A stretch of DNA of 64,000 bases from positions 68,519 through 132,518 of IMG/VR virus record IMGVR_UViG_3300005080_000001; one strand, given 5' to 3'. The notes beneath the pieces were generated by a model that was given only the letters and a program-made list of their open reading frames with translations, did no database searches and had not been told where the DNA came from. This document shows positions 1-9,463 of this stretch, one piece after another (positions within the stretch are counted from its first letter, which is position 1; the number at the start of each line of letters is the position of its first letter). The translations under genes were made by a program, and so were the position numbers. Source of the stretch: a virus (taxonomy: Duplodnaviria > Caudoviricetes).

Positions 1-642
1 TTGAATAAACTAGACTCTGTAGCGACTACCTTGGAGAAGGAGAAGGATAAACTCATTTCTCTTCTTCCTAAAAGATTTTCAGAAAGATTAAAACGAGATT
101 TGTTTATAAGTGGTGGATGTATATATAGCCTATATAACAATCAAACTCCAAAGGATATTGATACATTTATCCAAGACAAACATCTTGTAGATGAAGTTAT
201 AGATTTCTTTTCAAAACAGAGGTTGTTTATGGGGAGAAGTAATGGAGTCAAAAGAGGAATGTATAGAAATTTAAATCTTATAGTAACAGATAATGCAATC
301 TCTATTGGGAAATATCAGATAATAACAAAGTGGGTAGGTACTCCACAGGAAGTTGTCTCCCAATTCGACTTTAAGCATAATATGTTCTACCTTCAAGATG
401 GGGTTATAAAGGCAATGACAGATTTAAAACACTTGACTAGTAATAAGCTGTCTTACAACGAAGGCAGGGCAAGGGATATCTGTGGGACTATTATACGAGT
501 ATCTAAGTTTGTAAAACGTGGGATGGAAGTTACGAACGAAGAGGTTGCAAAAATGCTTTTAAAACTTAATGAAGTTGGATTCAATGATAGAGAACTAGAG
601 ATATTGTCTAGCCATCAATATGATAGAGGTTTTGGTTCATAA
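1..642 (+). CDS. Nucleotidyltransferase-like protein (CCA/poly(A) polymerase head-like), possibly 5'-partial
   Basis: FISGGCIYSL...PKDIDTF (GG + DxD) and QFDFKHN motifs. Confidence 0.6.
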   Translation: MNKLDSVATTLEKEKDKLISLLPKRFSERLKRDLFISGGCIYSLYNNQTPKDIDTFIQDKHLVDEVIDFFSKQRLFMGRSNGVKRGMYRNLNLIVTDNAISIGKYQIITKWVGTPQEVVSQFDFKHNMFYLQDGVIKAMTDLKHLTSNKLSYNEGRARDICGTIIRVSKFVKRGMEVTNEEVAKMLLKLNEVGFNDRELEILSSHQYDRGFGS

Positions 643-685
643 ACTAATAAAATCATCATTTTATCAATTCTTAGGAGGAATAGAA

Positions 686-1312
686 ATGAAAGTAACTGAC
701 GAGTTAAAAACTGAATTGATTTACTCTTTACCAAGCAGACGCATATTGGATGTTGTAAGTAATTTAGCTGTAAGAAATCCATATACAAAAGAGTTGATTT
801 TTCTAAAGCAACGACCATATTACGAGAATACTCCAATAGAAGAGTATATCGAATACAATGAGAAACATGATATGCATCATGACTACAGAGAGTTGATTTC
901 AAAGCATGTAATCATAGACATTTCACTGTTGCATCGAAGAGCAAGGGCATTGCTATTTAAAGAACTTATAAAAGCAAACCCACCAAAATGCAACACTTGT
1001 AACACTGTACTAACTATTGGCTTATCAGCGATTATGAGCAAAGCGACTCAAAGGTTAACAGATGTTGACGGCGAGAAAGTTAAAGGGTTTTATTGCAAGT
1101 GTTGTGCTGAGCAGGCTTACAAAGACTTGATAGAAAGTAGACTATTTGAAGAATATAAGGGTAACAAAATCTACCGCAAAGATGATATGTATTTTCCCTA
1201 CTGGAACTGCGCTTATCATTTCAAAACAGTTGAGGAATGTAGAATTAGAATCGATGCCAATATTTCGATTGCGAAGAGTGGGATGATTAATTTAAAAGAG
1301 GTTTTCTCATGA
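686..1312 (+). CDS. Hypothetical phage protein with CxxC zinc-finger motifs
   Basis: AGGAGG RBS before ATG 686; CNTC and CKCC. Confidence 0.65.
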   Translation: MKVTDELKTELIYSLPSRRILDVVSNLAVRNPYTKELIFLKQRPYYENTPIEEYIEYNEKHDMHHDYRELISKHVIIDISLLHRRARALLFKELIKANPPKCNTCNTVLTIGLSAIMSKATQRLTDVDGEKVKGFYCKCCAEQAYKDLIESRLFEEYKGNKIYRKDDMYFPYWNCAYHFKTVEECRIRIDANISIAKSGMINLKEVFS

Positions 1313-1420
1313 GAAGAATCGATATGGTCAAAAACAAGAAGATGAAGAACATAAAGCATGCAGAGATTCTTGATAAGAAGAGAATCAAGATTGTATTCCA
1401 AAACAACGAAGAGATTGTCT

Positions 1421-1748
1421 TGGAAGCAAGACTCCTACTGAAAAGCCAACTGTACCTACATTAGTATTCTTTGTAACAGATGGTGATAACTTCGACAAGG
1501 CAGAGGCTGAAAAGATTATTCGTGAATCATCTAATCAAGCAATCTTTTGGCAGTTTGTAGGAGTTGGTAGAGCAAGCTTTGACTTCTTGCAGAAGCTTGA
1601 TGATATGAATGGAAGATTCCTAGACAACGCAAACTTCTTCCATGTTAATGACCTTCGTCAAATCAGTGACGAAGAGTTTATGGACAGAGTATTAAATGAG
1701 TTTCCGCAGTGGATTAAGGAGGCAAGAGCGAAAGGGGTATTAGCATGA
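1421..1748 (+). pseudogene. C-terminal fragment of a TerF-type vWA domain protein, lacking its start
   Basis: Frame reads PTLVFFVTDGDN...IFWQFVGVG...FLQKLDDMNGRFLDNANFF...LNEFPQW; upstream ORF from ATG 1309 runs into it out of frame. Confidence 0.75.
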
Positions 1749-2242
1749 ACATGACAAAACAAACATTATTTAAAGTGCCTGTAGGAGACTGGTCAAAAGA
1801 TGGTCATAACGTTTCAGAAAATTACTATGTGTACAGCAATTATCCTTTAGAGAAAATGCAACAGGCGTATAAGGATACATGTAAGAAGATTGGACTACAA
1901 ATGAATGATAGCTCAACAAATTATACAGGTTTAGACGATGGGGTGGGGACAAGACGTGGATGGAGATGTTTATTGACTGAATATGAAGAGACTACAATCA
2001 ATAATGAAGCTATTCATATTCTAGCTGAACATGGTTTTGACTTTAATAGTGTTTTCAAGGACGAGAGTGATGGAACTATGTATTTCACATCCAAGGATGT
2101 ATTCAAACTATTCATGTGGTTTATCTCCTATAGCATGCCAAAAGATTTCGAGTGGAAAGAACTGAGTCTTGACGCAGAGGCAATTGTTGGATATTGGTCA
2201 GAATCTTTAAACCATCAAATTGGATATGGAGTATTTTGCTAG
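1745..2242 (+). CDS. Hypothetical phage protein
   Basis: ORF with RBS in co-directional gene run. Confidence 0.7.
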   Translation: MNMTKQTLFKVPVGDWSKDGHNVSENYYVYSNYPLEKMQQAYKDTCKKIGLQMNDSSTNYTGLDDGVGTRRGWRCLLTEYEETTINNEAIHILAEHGFDFNSVFKDESDGTMYFTSKDVFKLFMWFISYSMPKDFEWKELSLDAEAIVGYWSESLNHQIGYGVFC

Positions 2243-2254
2243 GAGGTTATTCTG

Positions 2255-2539
2255 ATGTGCGAGACTACAGTAGTTAACAAGTATCACAAATTACCATATG
2301 ACGTGTATATTGGTCGTGGCTCGAAATGGGGAAACCCTTTCAGCCATCTACCTAATACACAAGCTATATTCAAAGAAGAAGCTATTGAGATGTATCGAAA
2401 ATGGATTATGTATAAACCAAATCTATTAGCAGAGTTGCATGAGCTGAAAGGAAAGACGCTTGGATGTTTCTGTAAACCCAAGTCATGTCATGGCGATGTA
2501 TTAATAGAGTTAATAGATAGATTAGTTAAGGAGGAGTAA
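2255..2539 (+). CDS. DUF4326-like protein
   Basis: DVYIGRGSKWGNPF...LKGKTLGCFCKPKSCHGDVL signature. Confidence 0.85.
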   Translation: MCETTVVNKYHKLPYDVYIGRGSKWGNPFSHLPNTQAIFKEEAIEMYRKWIMYKPNLLAELHELKGKTLGCFCKPKSCHGDVLIELIDRLVKEE

Positions 2540-2541
2540 TA

Positions 2542-2976
2542 GTGAAACTGTTAAAAGAAGGATTCCATTATGTATATCAAAAGAAGAATAAAGGAAAATA
2601 TGTATCATTGCCATGGAATATCATTGACCATCAGCGCAGTGAGCTAAGTGAAAAGATTAGAATTCTACTAAGAGAGTGGGATTGTCCATATATTATTCAA
2701 AGCGACGATGACGCAGAAGGTTTATTAGATGATATTAGTGATAGCGTGAAGTCTTACGATGGTCATTCAGATTGGCTAAATATGCCTTCTGATGGAAGTG
2801 ATGATTATCTACTTCAAGCGTCAGAGAATGTAATAGTCCATGTTTCGGCAAGCGATGAGTATCATGGTAGAGGAGAGACTGAAATATTCGCATGTATCTC
2901 AGGCATTATCGTTACAGATGAGGTAACAAATGGAGAAATTAAAGCAGTTGTTGATTGGATTAAGTCATTTGAATAG
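2542..2976 (+). CDS. Hypothetical phage protein
   Basis: AGGAGG RBS, GTG start. Confidence 0.7.
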   Translation: MKLLKEGFHYVYQKKNKGKYVSLPWNIIDHQRSELSEKIRILLREWDCPYIIQSDDDAEGLLDDISDSVKSYDGHSDWLNMPSDGSDDYLLQASENVIVHVSASDEYHGRGETEIFACISGIIVTDEVTNGEIKAVVDWIKSFE

Positions 2977-2988
2977 GAGGAAGATAAA

Positions 2989-3705
2989 ATGTTAAATTTT
3001 ATCGGTTGTGGAAGTGCGTTTAATACTAAATTAGGAAATAATGGGGCGTTTATAAGAGATAACGACATGTTGTTTTTAATAGATTGTGGAAGCAGTACCT
3101 TTGAGAGAATCCAAAGAGCAGGGCTATTAGAAGGAGTTAATCATATAACGGTGCTGTTGACGCATACACACCCCGACCATGTAGGCTCTTTAGGAGATTT
3201 AATCTTCTATGGATACTATTCGATGGGAGAACCTATGCAACCAAACGTAACTGTATTTGCGCCATATGATTTAAAAATTCGCCATTTATTAGAAATGATG
3301 GGGGTAGAGAAAAAGACATATAGCTTATCTCAGTTTTATGAGAATGGTGGCGTTCATTATGGCGATTTCCATATAAACTTCAAGGCGATACCTATATCGC
3401 ATGTTACAGAATTAGACTGTTTTGGATATCTAATAAGCTACCAAAATAAATTGGTCTACTATAGTGGGGACTCCAATGATATACCACAGCATATTCTACA
3501 TGATTTTGATAAAGGTAAAATCGATTTATTTTATCAAGATACTTGTAAAGCTGATTACGAAGGCAACGTACATCTATCTTTAAGAAAACTAAATGATTTA
3601 ATTTGGGTTAATCGAGATAGGGTTTATTGCATGCACCTAGATAATGGATTTGACGTAAAGGAAGCAGAAGAGTTAGGGTTCAATGTTGTAAAACCGATTA
3701 TCTAA
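2989..3705 (+). CDS. Metallo-beta-lactamase-fold hydrolase, Apyc1 (anti-Pycsar)-like
   Basis: FIGCGSAF, LIDCG, THTHPDH, YYSGDS, HLS and CMHLD motifs. Confidence 0.8.
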   Translation: MLNFIGCGSAFNTKLGNNGAFIRDNDMLFLIDCGSSTFERIQRAGLLEGVNHITVLLTHTHPDHVGSLGDLIFYGYYSMGEPMQPNVTVFAPYDLKIRHLLEMMGVEKKTYSLSQFYENGGVHYGDFHINFKAIPISHVTELDCFGYLISYQNKLVYYSGDSNDIPQHILHDFDKGKIDLFYQDTCKADYEGNVHLSLRKLNDLIWVNRDRVYCMHLDNGFDVKEAEELGFNVVKPII

Positions 3706-3719
3706 AGGGAGGAATCGTA

Positions 3720-3899
3720 GTGATTTATTGCAATCTTTATAACACTAAGTGTGATGTTGAGAAATCAAATGCAGATGAATATCCAACCCCATGTCACTGG
3801 TGCAATAGTGGTAAGGGAGACTCTCATAAAGAGTATTTCGTAAAAGTGGATAAACAAGATTTTTACGAATCAGAACGTCAAGATTCAATCAATGAATAA
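3720..3899 (+). CDS. Small Cys-containing hypothetical protein (59 aa)
   Basis: GGGAGG RBS, GTG start, CHWC; below ORF-track cutoff. Confidence 0.55.
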   Translation: MIYCNLYNTKCDVEKSNADEYPTPCHWCNSGKGDSHKEYFVKVDKQDFYESERQDSINE

Positions 3900-3921
3900 A
3901 AACTACATTTTATGAAGAAGG

Positions 3922-4149
3922 GTGTCTTGTATGAGAAAAGAATTGAACGATTTACTTAGACAGTCAAAGAAAGAGAATCCATGTTTAGAGCCTACTCATA
4001 TTATCATATTCGGAAACAAGGAGGATGAGCAGTTTGAATATGCATTTTGTTTCGAGGAGCAAATTGACCATGCATTAAGTATTTTATATGGAAAAGTTGA
4101 GTTTGCTATTGTTAGAGAAGTTGGGAAAATAGTAGCTAGAATTCAATAA
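3922..4149 (+). CDS. Hypothetical protein
   Basis: ORF track; co-directional. Confidence 0.55.
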   Translation: MSCMRKELNDLLRQSKKENPCLEPTHIIIFGNKEDEQFEYAFCFEEQIDHALSILYGKVEFAIVREVGKIVARIQ

Positions 4150-4175
4150 GGCTACATTTATAAAGGAGGATTACT

Positions 4176-4749
4176 ATGAAGACATTTTTTTACAAGTGAC
4201 ACACATGCTTGGCATAAGAACATCTTAAACTTTGAAAAAAGACCATATGCATCTGTTGAAGAGATGACAAAGGATATGATTAAAAAGTGGAATGAGCAAG
4301 TTAGCAATGAGGATATTGTCTACCATTTAGGCGACCTATGTCTAGGAAACTATGACCCAACAGTTGATGTATTAAAACAACTTAATGGAAAGATTATTCT
4401 AATTAAAGGCAACCACGACCATTCAAAATATTACAAGAAAATCGTTGAAATGGGATTACTACATGAGTATCACGAAGTTGGGATTACCTTAAATTACAAC
4501 AAACATCAGATGTGGCTAACCCATTATCCATTTGAGATTGGATTACGCCCACGTAAATGGTCAATTCATGGTCATATCCATGGAATGGAGTCAACTTGGG
4601 ATAATCAGATTAACGTTGGGGTAGATAGTCCACACTTCAAGCACAAGCCATTTGGCGAGCTAATTACAATTGATGAGCTGTTTGAAGTAATGGAACAGCG
4701 ACTACCTTCAATTGAAGAGAGATATGTGAATCAAAAATGGGATCGATGA
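4176..4749 (+). pseudogene. Calcineurin-like metallophosphoesterase, frameshifted in a T7 run at 4185-4191
   Basis: AGGAGG + ATG 4176; removing one T gives MKTFFTSDTHAWHKN joined to HLGD, KGNHD, THYP, HGHIH motifs. Confidence 0.8.
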
Positions 4750-4764
4750 GAGGAGACATGTACG

Positions 4765-5139
4765 ATGGAAGGATTAAAATTGTATTCACGTTTATTTGGG
4801 GATTATGCGCCTTACGAACTAGAGGATCACGATGAAGTATCTTGCTACGAGGAAGATTTATCCTGTCATGATGGTTGGTATATCATAACTGACATTTCAT
4901 TTAGATACAGAGGAAAGAAATACATTCTTCAAAGAAAAGACCATTCATCTGACAATGTGTCCGACACAGAGTATCTTATGGACGGCTTCCGTGAGGTTGT
5001 TTCGACAAACGAATTGGAAAAAGAGATAGATGAAATCATTAGAAATATCGAAAATGAGATGCACTATGATTCGTTTGAAGAGATTATTCAAGACCTAGAA
5101 GGTTTAAAGAAGAAGTTCAATCATCTAATTGAAGTCTAG
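4765..5139 (+). CDS. Acidic hypothetical protein
   Basis: GAGGAG RBS, ORF. Confidence 0.7.
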   Translation: MEGLKLYSRLFGDYAPYELEDHDEVSCYEEDLSCHDGWYIITDISFRYRGKKYILQRKDHSSDNVSDTEYLMDGFREVVSTNELEKEIDEIIRNIENEMHYDSFEEIIQDLEGLKKKFNHLIEV

Positions 5140-5150
5140 GAGGCAATAGA

Positions 5151-5345
5151 ATGGCAGAGATATATAAGGAATTAAAGCCAGTACAGGTTGATTATGTTTG
5201 TGACACATGTGGAGAAGGCAAGCTAAAGTCTACAGGAGCGATGAAATTATCGTATCCTCCTCTATACACTCATAAATGCAGTAAGTGTAATGAGGTATTT
5301 GACTTGAAGAAGACATATCCTTCGATTGAATATATTACAGAATAA
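5151..5345 (+). CDS. Small zinc-ribbon protein
   Basis: CDTC and CSKC; AGGAGG RBS. Confidence 0.7.
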   Translation: MAEIYKELKPVQVDYVCDTCGEGKLKSTGAMKLSYPPLYTHKCSKCNEVFDLKKTYPSIEYITE

Positions 5346-5361
5346 TAGGAGGTACATTTCA

Positions 5362-5658
5362 ATGAATAAATATGTGAAAGCATTGCTATCGCTATCGGTA
5401 GCAGTGACATTATTAGCAGGATGCGAAGAAGAACAGCCTGTAGCAAAAATAGAAAACGTTACAGTCATTAATAAATCTACGAAAGATTACAGCAGAGCAG
5501 GTAGTGAATATTTTGTCACAGTACAAAAGAATGAGAATACAGCTACATTTGAAGTAGATCAAGAAGTATTTAATGCCGTTACTAACGGAACAATAATCAG
5601 TGGCAATCAGTATCGAACTAATCAGCTGAAAGATGTTACATTCCCTAAATTAAAGTAA
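5362..5658 (+). CDS. Putative lipoprotein
   Basis: Signal peptide with LLAG-C lipobox; AGGAGG RBS. Confidence 0.75.
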   Translation: MNKYVKALLSLSVAVTLLAGCEEEQPVAKIENVTVINKSTKDYSRAGSEYFVTVQKNENTATFEVDQEVFNAVTNGTIISGNQYRTNQLKDVTFPKLK

Positions 5659-5678
5659 TCAATTAATAGGAGGCAGTT

Positions 5679-5888
5679 ATGAGACATAAAGAGTATAGAT
5701 TAGTAGTTTCACGAATTGATGGCAATAAACTTGAATTCTACTATGATACAAAGGTTGAATTAACAGTTGCAGAAATGATGATAGCAAAAGGTCTTAATGG
5801 ATTTGCAGGTGCTACTGCTCAACAATGGATTGACGAAAATCATGTCCGTTACTGCGGAGAGTCAAAGTATATGCACATTATTCTATAA
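5679..5888 (+). CDS. Hypothetical protein
   Basis: AGGAGG RBS. Confidence 0.65.
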   Translation: MRHKEYRLVVSRIDGNKLEFYYDTKVELTVAEMMIAKGLNGFAGATAQQWIDENHVRYCGESKYMHIIL

Positions 5889-5902
5889 CAAGGAGTGTTA
5901 GT

Positions 5903-6031
5903 ATGGATCGTTGGGATTTAGCAGTTGAAATAGTAGAAAGCCTTGATGCGTTTATAAAAGAAGAAGTACCAAGACAAGAACTTGTTGAGATTACTTACAA
6001 GCAAATCAATGAACATATAGAAAAATACTAG
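5903..6031 (+). CDS. Small hypothetical protein (42 aa)
   Basis: AAGGAG RBS, fills the gap between genes. Confidence 0.55.
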   Translation: MDRWDLAVEIVESLDAFIKEEVPRQELVEITYKQINEHIEKY

Positions 6032-6043
6032 GAGGCATAACAG

Positions 6044-6814
6044 ATGGAAAGAGAAGTGTTATTAAAGGCTAATACAGGAAGTTGGAATTACAATCTACAG
6101 CAGACATTACAGGATTTGATCTTACTTGGACTAGAGAATCATACACCGTCCGATAAAGATTACAAGGTGTTTGTTCCCCCAACATTTGAAGAATTATACA
6201 AGGGTAAAACCTATCATCAAGCGATCATCACAAAGGTTGAAGACCAAGATATCCATGATATCCGCAAGCTTCCAGACTTACTTTACAAGTCTAATATCGC
6301 TTACCTAGAATTGCTGTTCTCTCAAGATATTGTATTTAAAGATTGTGAGGAGTTAAACTTCCTATATTCCGTTAGACATGAGATTGCTAGAATGAATCTT
6401 CCACAGCTATTCAAGTCTACAGGCGGTATGTTTAATCAGCGCATGAAGAAGCTAGACCATGCGACAGAAGGTACACAGCATTTAGTAGATGCCTATGGTT
6501 GGAATACAAAGGAAGGTTTACATACTTTTAGATCGGCACAGCTACTTGTAAGATACGAAGAAACTGATTTTAAAGACTTCGAAAAGGCACTACGCTATGA
6601 AGACTATGAGAGACAAGCATTGCTTGATATCAAGAATGGGTCAATGACAAAGGAGGAATTCATTCGTTTTGTTACACAGTATCACGATAATGTATTTACT
6701 CCTTTAAAAGAGAAGTACTGTAGCTATAAACCAAATGAAGAATTGAAGCAAGCGATTGATTACAACATCATGAATCTTGTTGAAAAATCTGTATTAAGCA
6801 AAAGTATTGCATAG
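6044..6814 (+). CDS. Pol beta-superfamily nucleotidyltransferase
   Basis: GSWNYNL...SDKDY motif, N-x-x-LELLF. Confidence 0.75.
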   Translation: MEREVLLKANTGSWNYNLQQTLQDLILLGLENHTPSDKDYKVFVPPTFEELYKGKTYHQAIITKVEDQDIHDIRKLPDLLYKSNIAYLELLFSQDIVFKDCEELNFLYSVRHEIARMNLPQLFKSTGGMFNQRMKKLDHATEGTQHLVDAYGWNTKEGLHTFRSAQLLVRYEETDFKDFEKALRYEDYERQALLDIKNGSMTKEEFIRFVTQYHDNVFTPLKEKYCSYKPNEELKQAIDYNIMNLVEKSVLSKSIA

Positions 6815-6823
6815 GAGGATATT

Positions 6824-7276
6824 ATGAGCAAATTTATTATTTACTGTAACGGTGGATGCCGTGGGAATCAATCTGACGAAAATATTGGTGGTTGGGGTGC
6901 ATTATTAAGTTACAATGACAACGAAAAGGAACTATATGAAGGCGTTCGTAATACAACCAATAATAAGATGGAGTTAACAGCTTGTATAAAGGCGCTTGAA
7001 GCTATTCATGGCAATACAGCAATTCCAGTTGAGATTTATGTTGATTCTGCGTATGTTTGCAATGGCATGAACTCTTGGGTAAAAGGTTGGATAGCAAGAG
7101 GTTGGAAGAAGGCAGATAAGAAGCCAGTAGAGAATCAAGACTTATGGAAACGACTTGTTCATCTAGCTTCAACACACGATGATATCAAGTTTTTAAAAGT
7201 CAAAGGTCATGCTGATAATGAAGGTAATAACCGAGCAGATGCATTGGCAAATAAGGCTATGGATGAAATATCATAA
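6824..7276 (+). CDS. rnhA: Ribonuclease HI (first catalytic Asp replaced by Asn)
   Basis: IYCNGGCRGN, TTNNKMEL, YVDSAYV, KPVENQDLW, VKGHA, NNRADALA. Confidence 0.93.
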   Translation: MSKFIIYCNGGCRGNQSDENIGGWGALLSYNDNEKELYEGVRNTTNNKMELTACIKALEAIHGNTAIPVEIYVDSAYVCNGMNSWVKGWIARGWKKADKKPVENQDLWKRLVHLASTHDDIKFLKVKGHADNEGNNRADALANKAMDEIS

Positions 7277-7315
7277 AACAAAAGTATTGCAATTAAGTTA
7301 ACGATTTAGTATAAT
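7276..7315 (+). promoter_or_regulatory. Repeat motif overlapping sigmaA promoter of primase
   Basis: AAACAAAAGTA-TTGCAA, 17 bp, TATAAT. Confidence 0.75.
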
Positions 7316-7351
7316 AAAGTAGTTAACAAATTGTATTTATGGGTGATAAAA

Positions 7352-8425
7352 ATGAATGCACAATCTCTTAAGGAATATCTTATCGAGGACATCGGTAGAA
7401 TTAAAAAGGTTCTTGAGGCAGTTGGCGTTCATAGAATTTGGGAAACGGGATCAGAACTGAGGGGAGCGCCTGCAGATTCTGAGAATCACACGGCAATAAG
7501 CGTTGATGTTAATACGCTTTTTTGCCGTTATTACAAGCGTGATGAGACTTTCAGAGGAGACATTTTAGAGTTAATTAAACTTCTCCGTGATGAATCATTC
7601 TCTGATAGTTTCAAGTTTGTAAAGTCTTTATTCGGTCTTGGCGGTAAGTTCGTCAAGGAAAACAAGATTGATCCCCTTGCAAAGTTTAAAGGAATCAGAA
7701 AGCAACATAAGCCAATTACTAATTTAGATGACGTAGAAGTACCTAAGTTTGGCATGGAAGCGCTGAGTGATTTCATTATGATACCGCATATCAACCTGTT
7801 CTATGAAGGAATTATGCCTCAGACAGCAGAGTTATTTAAAGTTTGCTACGATCCAAAGTTGGATAGAATTCTATTCCCACATTTCAACTACAATGATAAA
7901 AACGCAATTGTTGGGATTACAGGACGTACAACACGTAGTAAAGAGGAGATAGACCAGTTTCTTATTCCTAAGTACTGGAACTACATTTCTGGATATAAGA
8001 AAATGTATAACTTATATGGACTGGCACATGCTCTCGAATTTGTTAAAAAGTATGGAATGCTTGTTATATTCGAGGCAGAAAAGTCAGTGTTAAAGAACTT
8101 CACGCAAACTAGAAATGAAGGTTACTCATGTAGTGTGGGTGGACACGAAATTAGCGATGTGCAAGTACAGATGTTAATGAGACTTTTACCAACTGACGTA
8201 GAAGTAGTCATAGCATTTGATAGCGATGTTATGAGAATGACAGATAAGAAGACTGGTGAGCATGTTGGTGAAAAGTACTTAATCAGACAGGCTCAAAAGT
8301 TCTCGAAATATCGTAAAGCTAGTTATATTTATGATGAAAACAAGTTACTTGGAGACTTTGAATCTCCCATTGACAGGGGATATAAGGTATTCCATGAGTT
8401 ATTAGAAAGCAGGAGAATAGTATAA
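7352..8425 (+). CDS. DNA primase (TOPRIM, DnaG-like)
   Basis: RILFP, GITGR, IFEAEKSV, IAFDSD. Confidence 0.8.
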   Translation: MNAQSLKEYLIEDIGRIKKVLEAVGVHRIWETGSELRGAPADSENHTAISVDVNTLFCRYYKRDETFRGDILELIKLLRDESFSDSFKFVKSLFGLGGKFVKENKIDPLAKFKGIRKQHKPITNLDDVEVPKFGMEALSDFIMIPHINLFYEGIMPQTAELFKVCYDPKLDRILFPHFNYNDKNAIVGITGRTTRSKEEIDQFLIPKYWNYISGYKKMYNLYGLAHALEFVKKYGMLVIFEAEKSVLKNFTQTRNEGYSCSVGGHEISDVQVQMLMRLLPTDVEVVIAFDSDVMRMTDKKTGEHVGEKYLIRQAQKFSKYRKASYIYDENKLLGDFESPIDRGYKVFHELLESRRIV

Positions 8426-8790
8426 TGAACATTAAGATTGAGAAAATGGAAGATTTATTGTATTGGTATAAAGGTCACATTGACAGAGTAATAGATGGAG
8501 ATACTGTTGTATTTTCAGAATTGGATCTAGGATTCAATCTTTCTCTCAAAAATCCGCATGGTCGATTACTAGGGATTAATGCTCCAGAATTGCATGCAAA
8601 AGAAGCAGATGTCCGCTTTAAAGCAGAGCAGTCGAAAGAGTATCTTGCATCACGATTAACAGGTCAAGATGTAATCATTCGTAGCAAAGAAGTAGATAGC
8701 TTTGGTCGTATCCTATGTGAAGTGTACTTACAAGATGAATTTGTAAACCAAACGATTCTTGCAGAAGGATATGCTGTAGTGTTTGAATAA
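8425..8790 (+). CDS. Thermonuclease (SNase family)
   Basis: RVIDGDT, RLLGINAPE, DSFGRIL. Confidence 0.88.
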   Translation: MNIKIEKMEDLLYWYKGHIDRVIDGDTVVFSELDLGFNLSLKNPHGRLLGINAPELHAKEADVRFKAEQSKEYLASRLTGQDVIIRSKEVDSFGRILCEVYLQDEFVNQTILAEGYAVVFE

Positions 8791-8824
8791 ATAAAACAAA
8801 AGTATTGCAATAAGGAGTGATATT

Positions 8825-9463
8825 ATGGCGAAGATTTATTTCCGCTATGGAACAATGGACTCATCCAAGACAGCACGTCTGTGTATGGATGCTTATGAAT
8901 ATCAACAACGTGGAGAATTTGTATTGCCAATGAAGCCAGTAATCGACACTCGTTCTGCAACGGGCTACATCGAAAGCAGAGCAGGGTTAAAAGTTAAGTG
9001 TCTTGACGTAGAGAAGGGATATAACGTCTTTGCTCATGTCAGCATGCTAGTAAACAATGGAATCAATTTAGCTTGTGTATTCGTAGATGAAGCACAGTTC
9101 TTAACATATTCACAAGTATTACAGTTGCGAATGATTGCTACAGAACTTGATATCCCAGTTATGTGCTACGGCTTGCGTACAGATTTCACGGGACAAATGT
9201 TTGAAGGTTCAAAGACATTATTTGAACTGGCAGAGGTGTTTGAAGAAGTAAAAACAATCTGCCGAGAGGAAGGATGTCGTCATAAGGCTATGTTTAATGT
9301 GCGTTATGAAAATGGCAAACCAACATTTAAAGGTGACTCTGTTAAGATTGGCGACACAAAAGAAGAAGAGAGCAAGGATTATTATGTTGTAAAATGTGCA
9401 ACTCATTTCCTTCACGACTTCCAACAATTCACAAAGGAGCATGCAGATGAGATTAACGTATGA
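8825..9463 (+). CDS. tdk: Thymidine kinase
   Basis: YGTMDSSKT, IDTRS, VDEAQFL, YGLRTDF. Confidence 0.92.
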   Translation: MAKIYFRYGTMDSSKTARLCMDAYEYQQRGEFVLPMKPVIDTRSATGYIESRAGLKVKCLDVEKGYNVFAHVSMLVNNGINLACVFVDEAQFLTYSQVLQLRMIATELDIPVMCYGLRTDFTGQMFEGSKTLFELAEVFEEVKTICREEGCRHKAMFNVRYENGKPTFKGDSVKIGDTKEEESKDYYVVKCATHFLHDFQQFTKEHADEINV

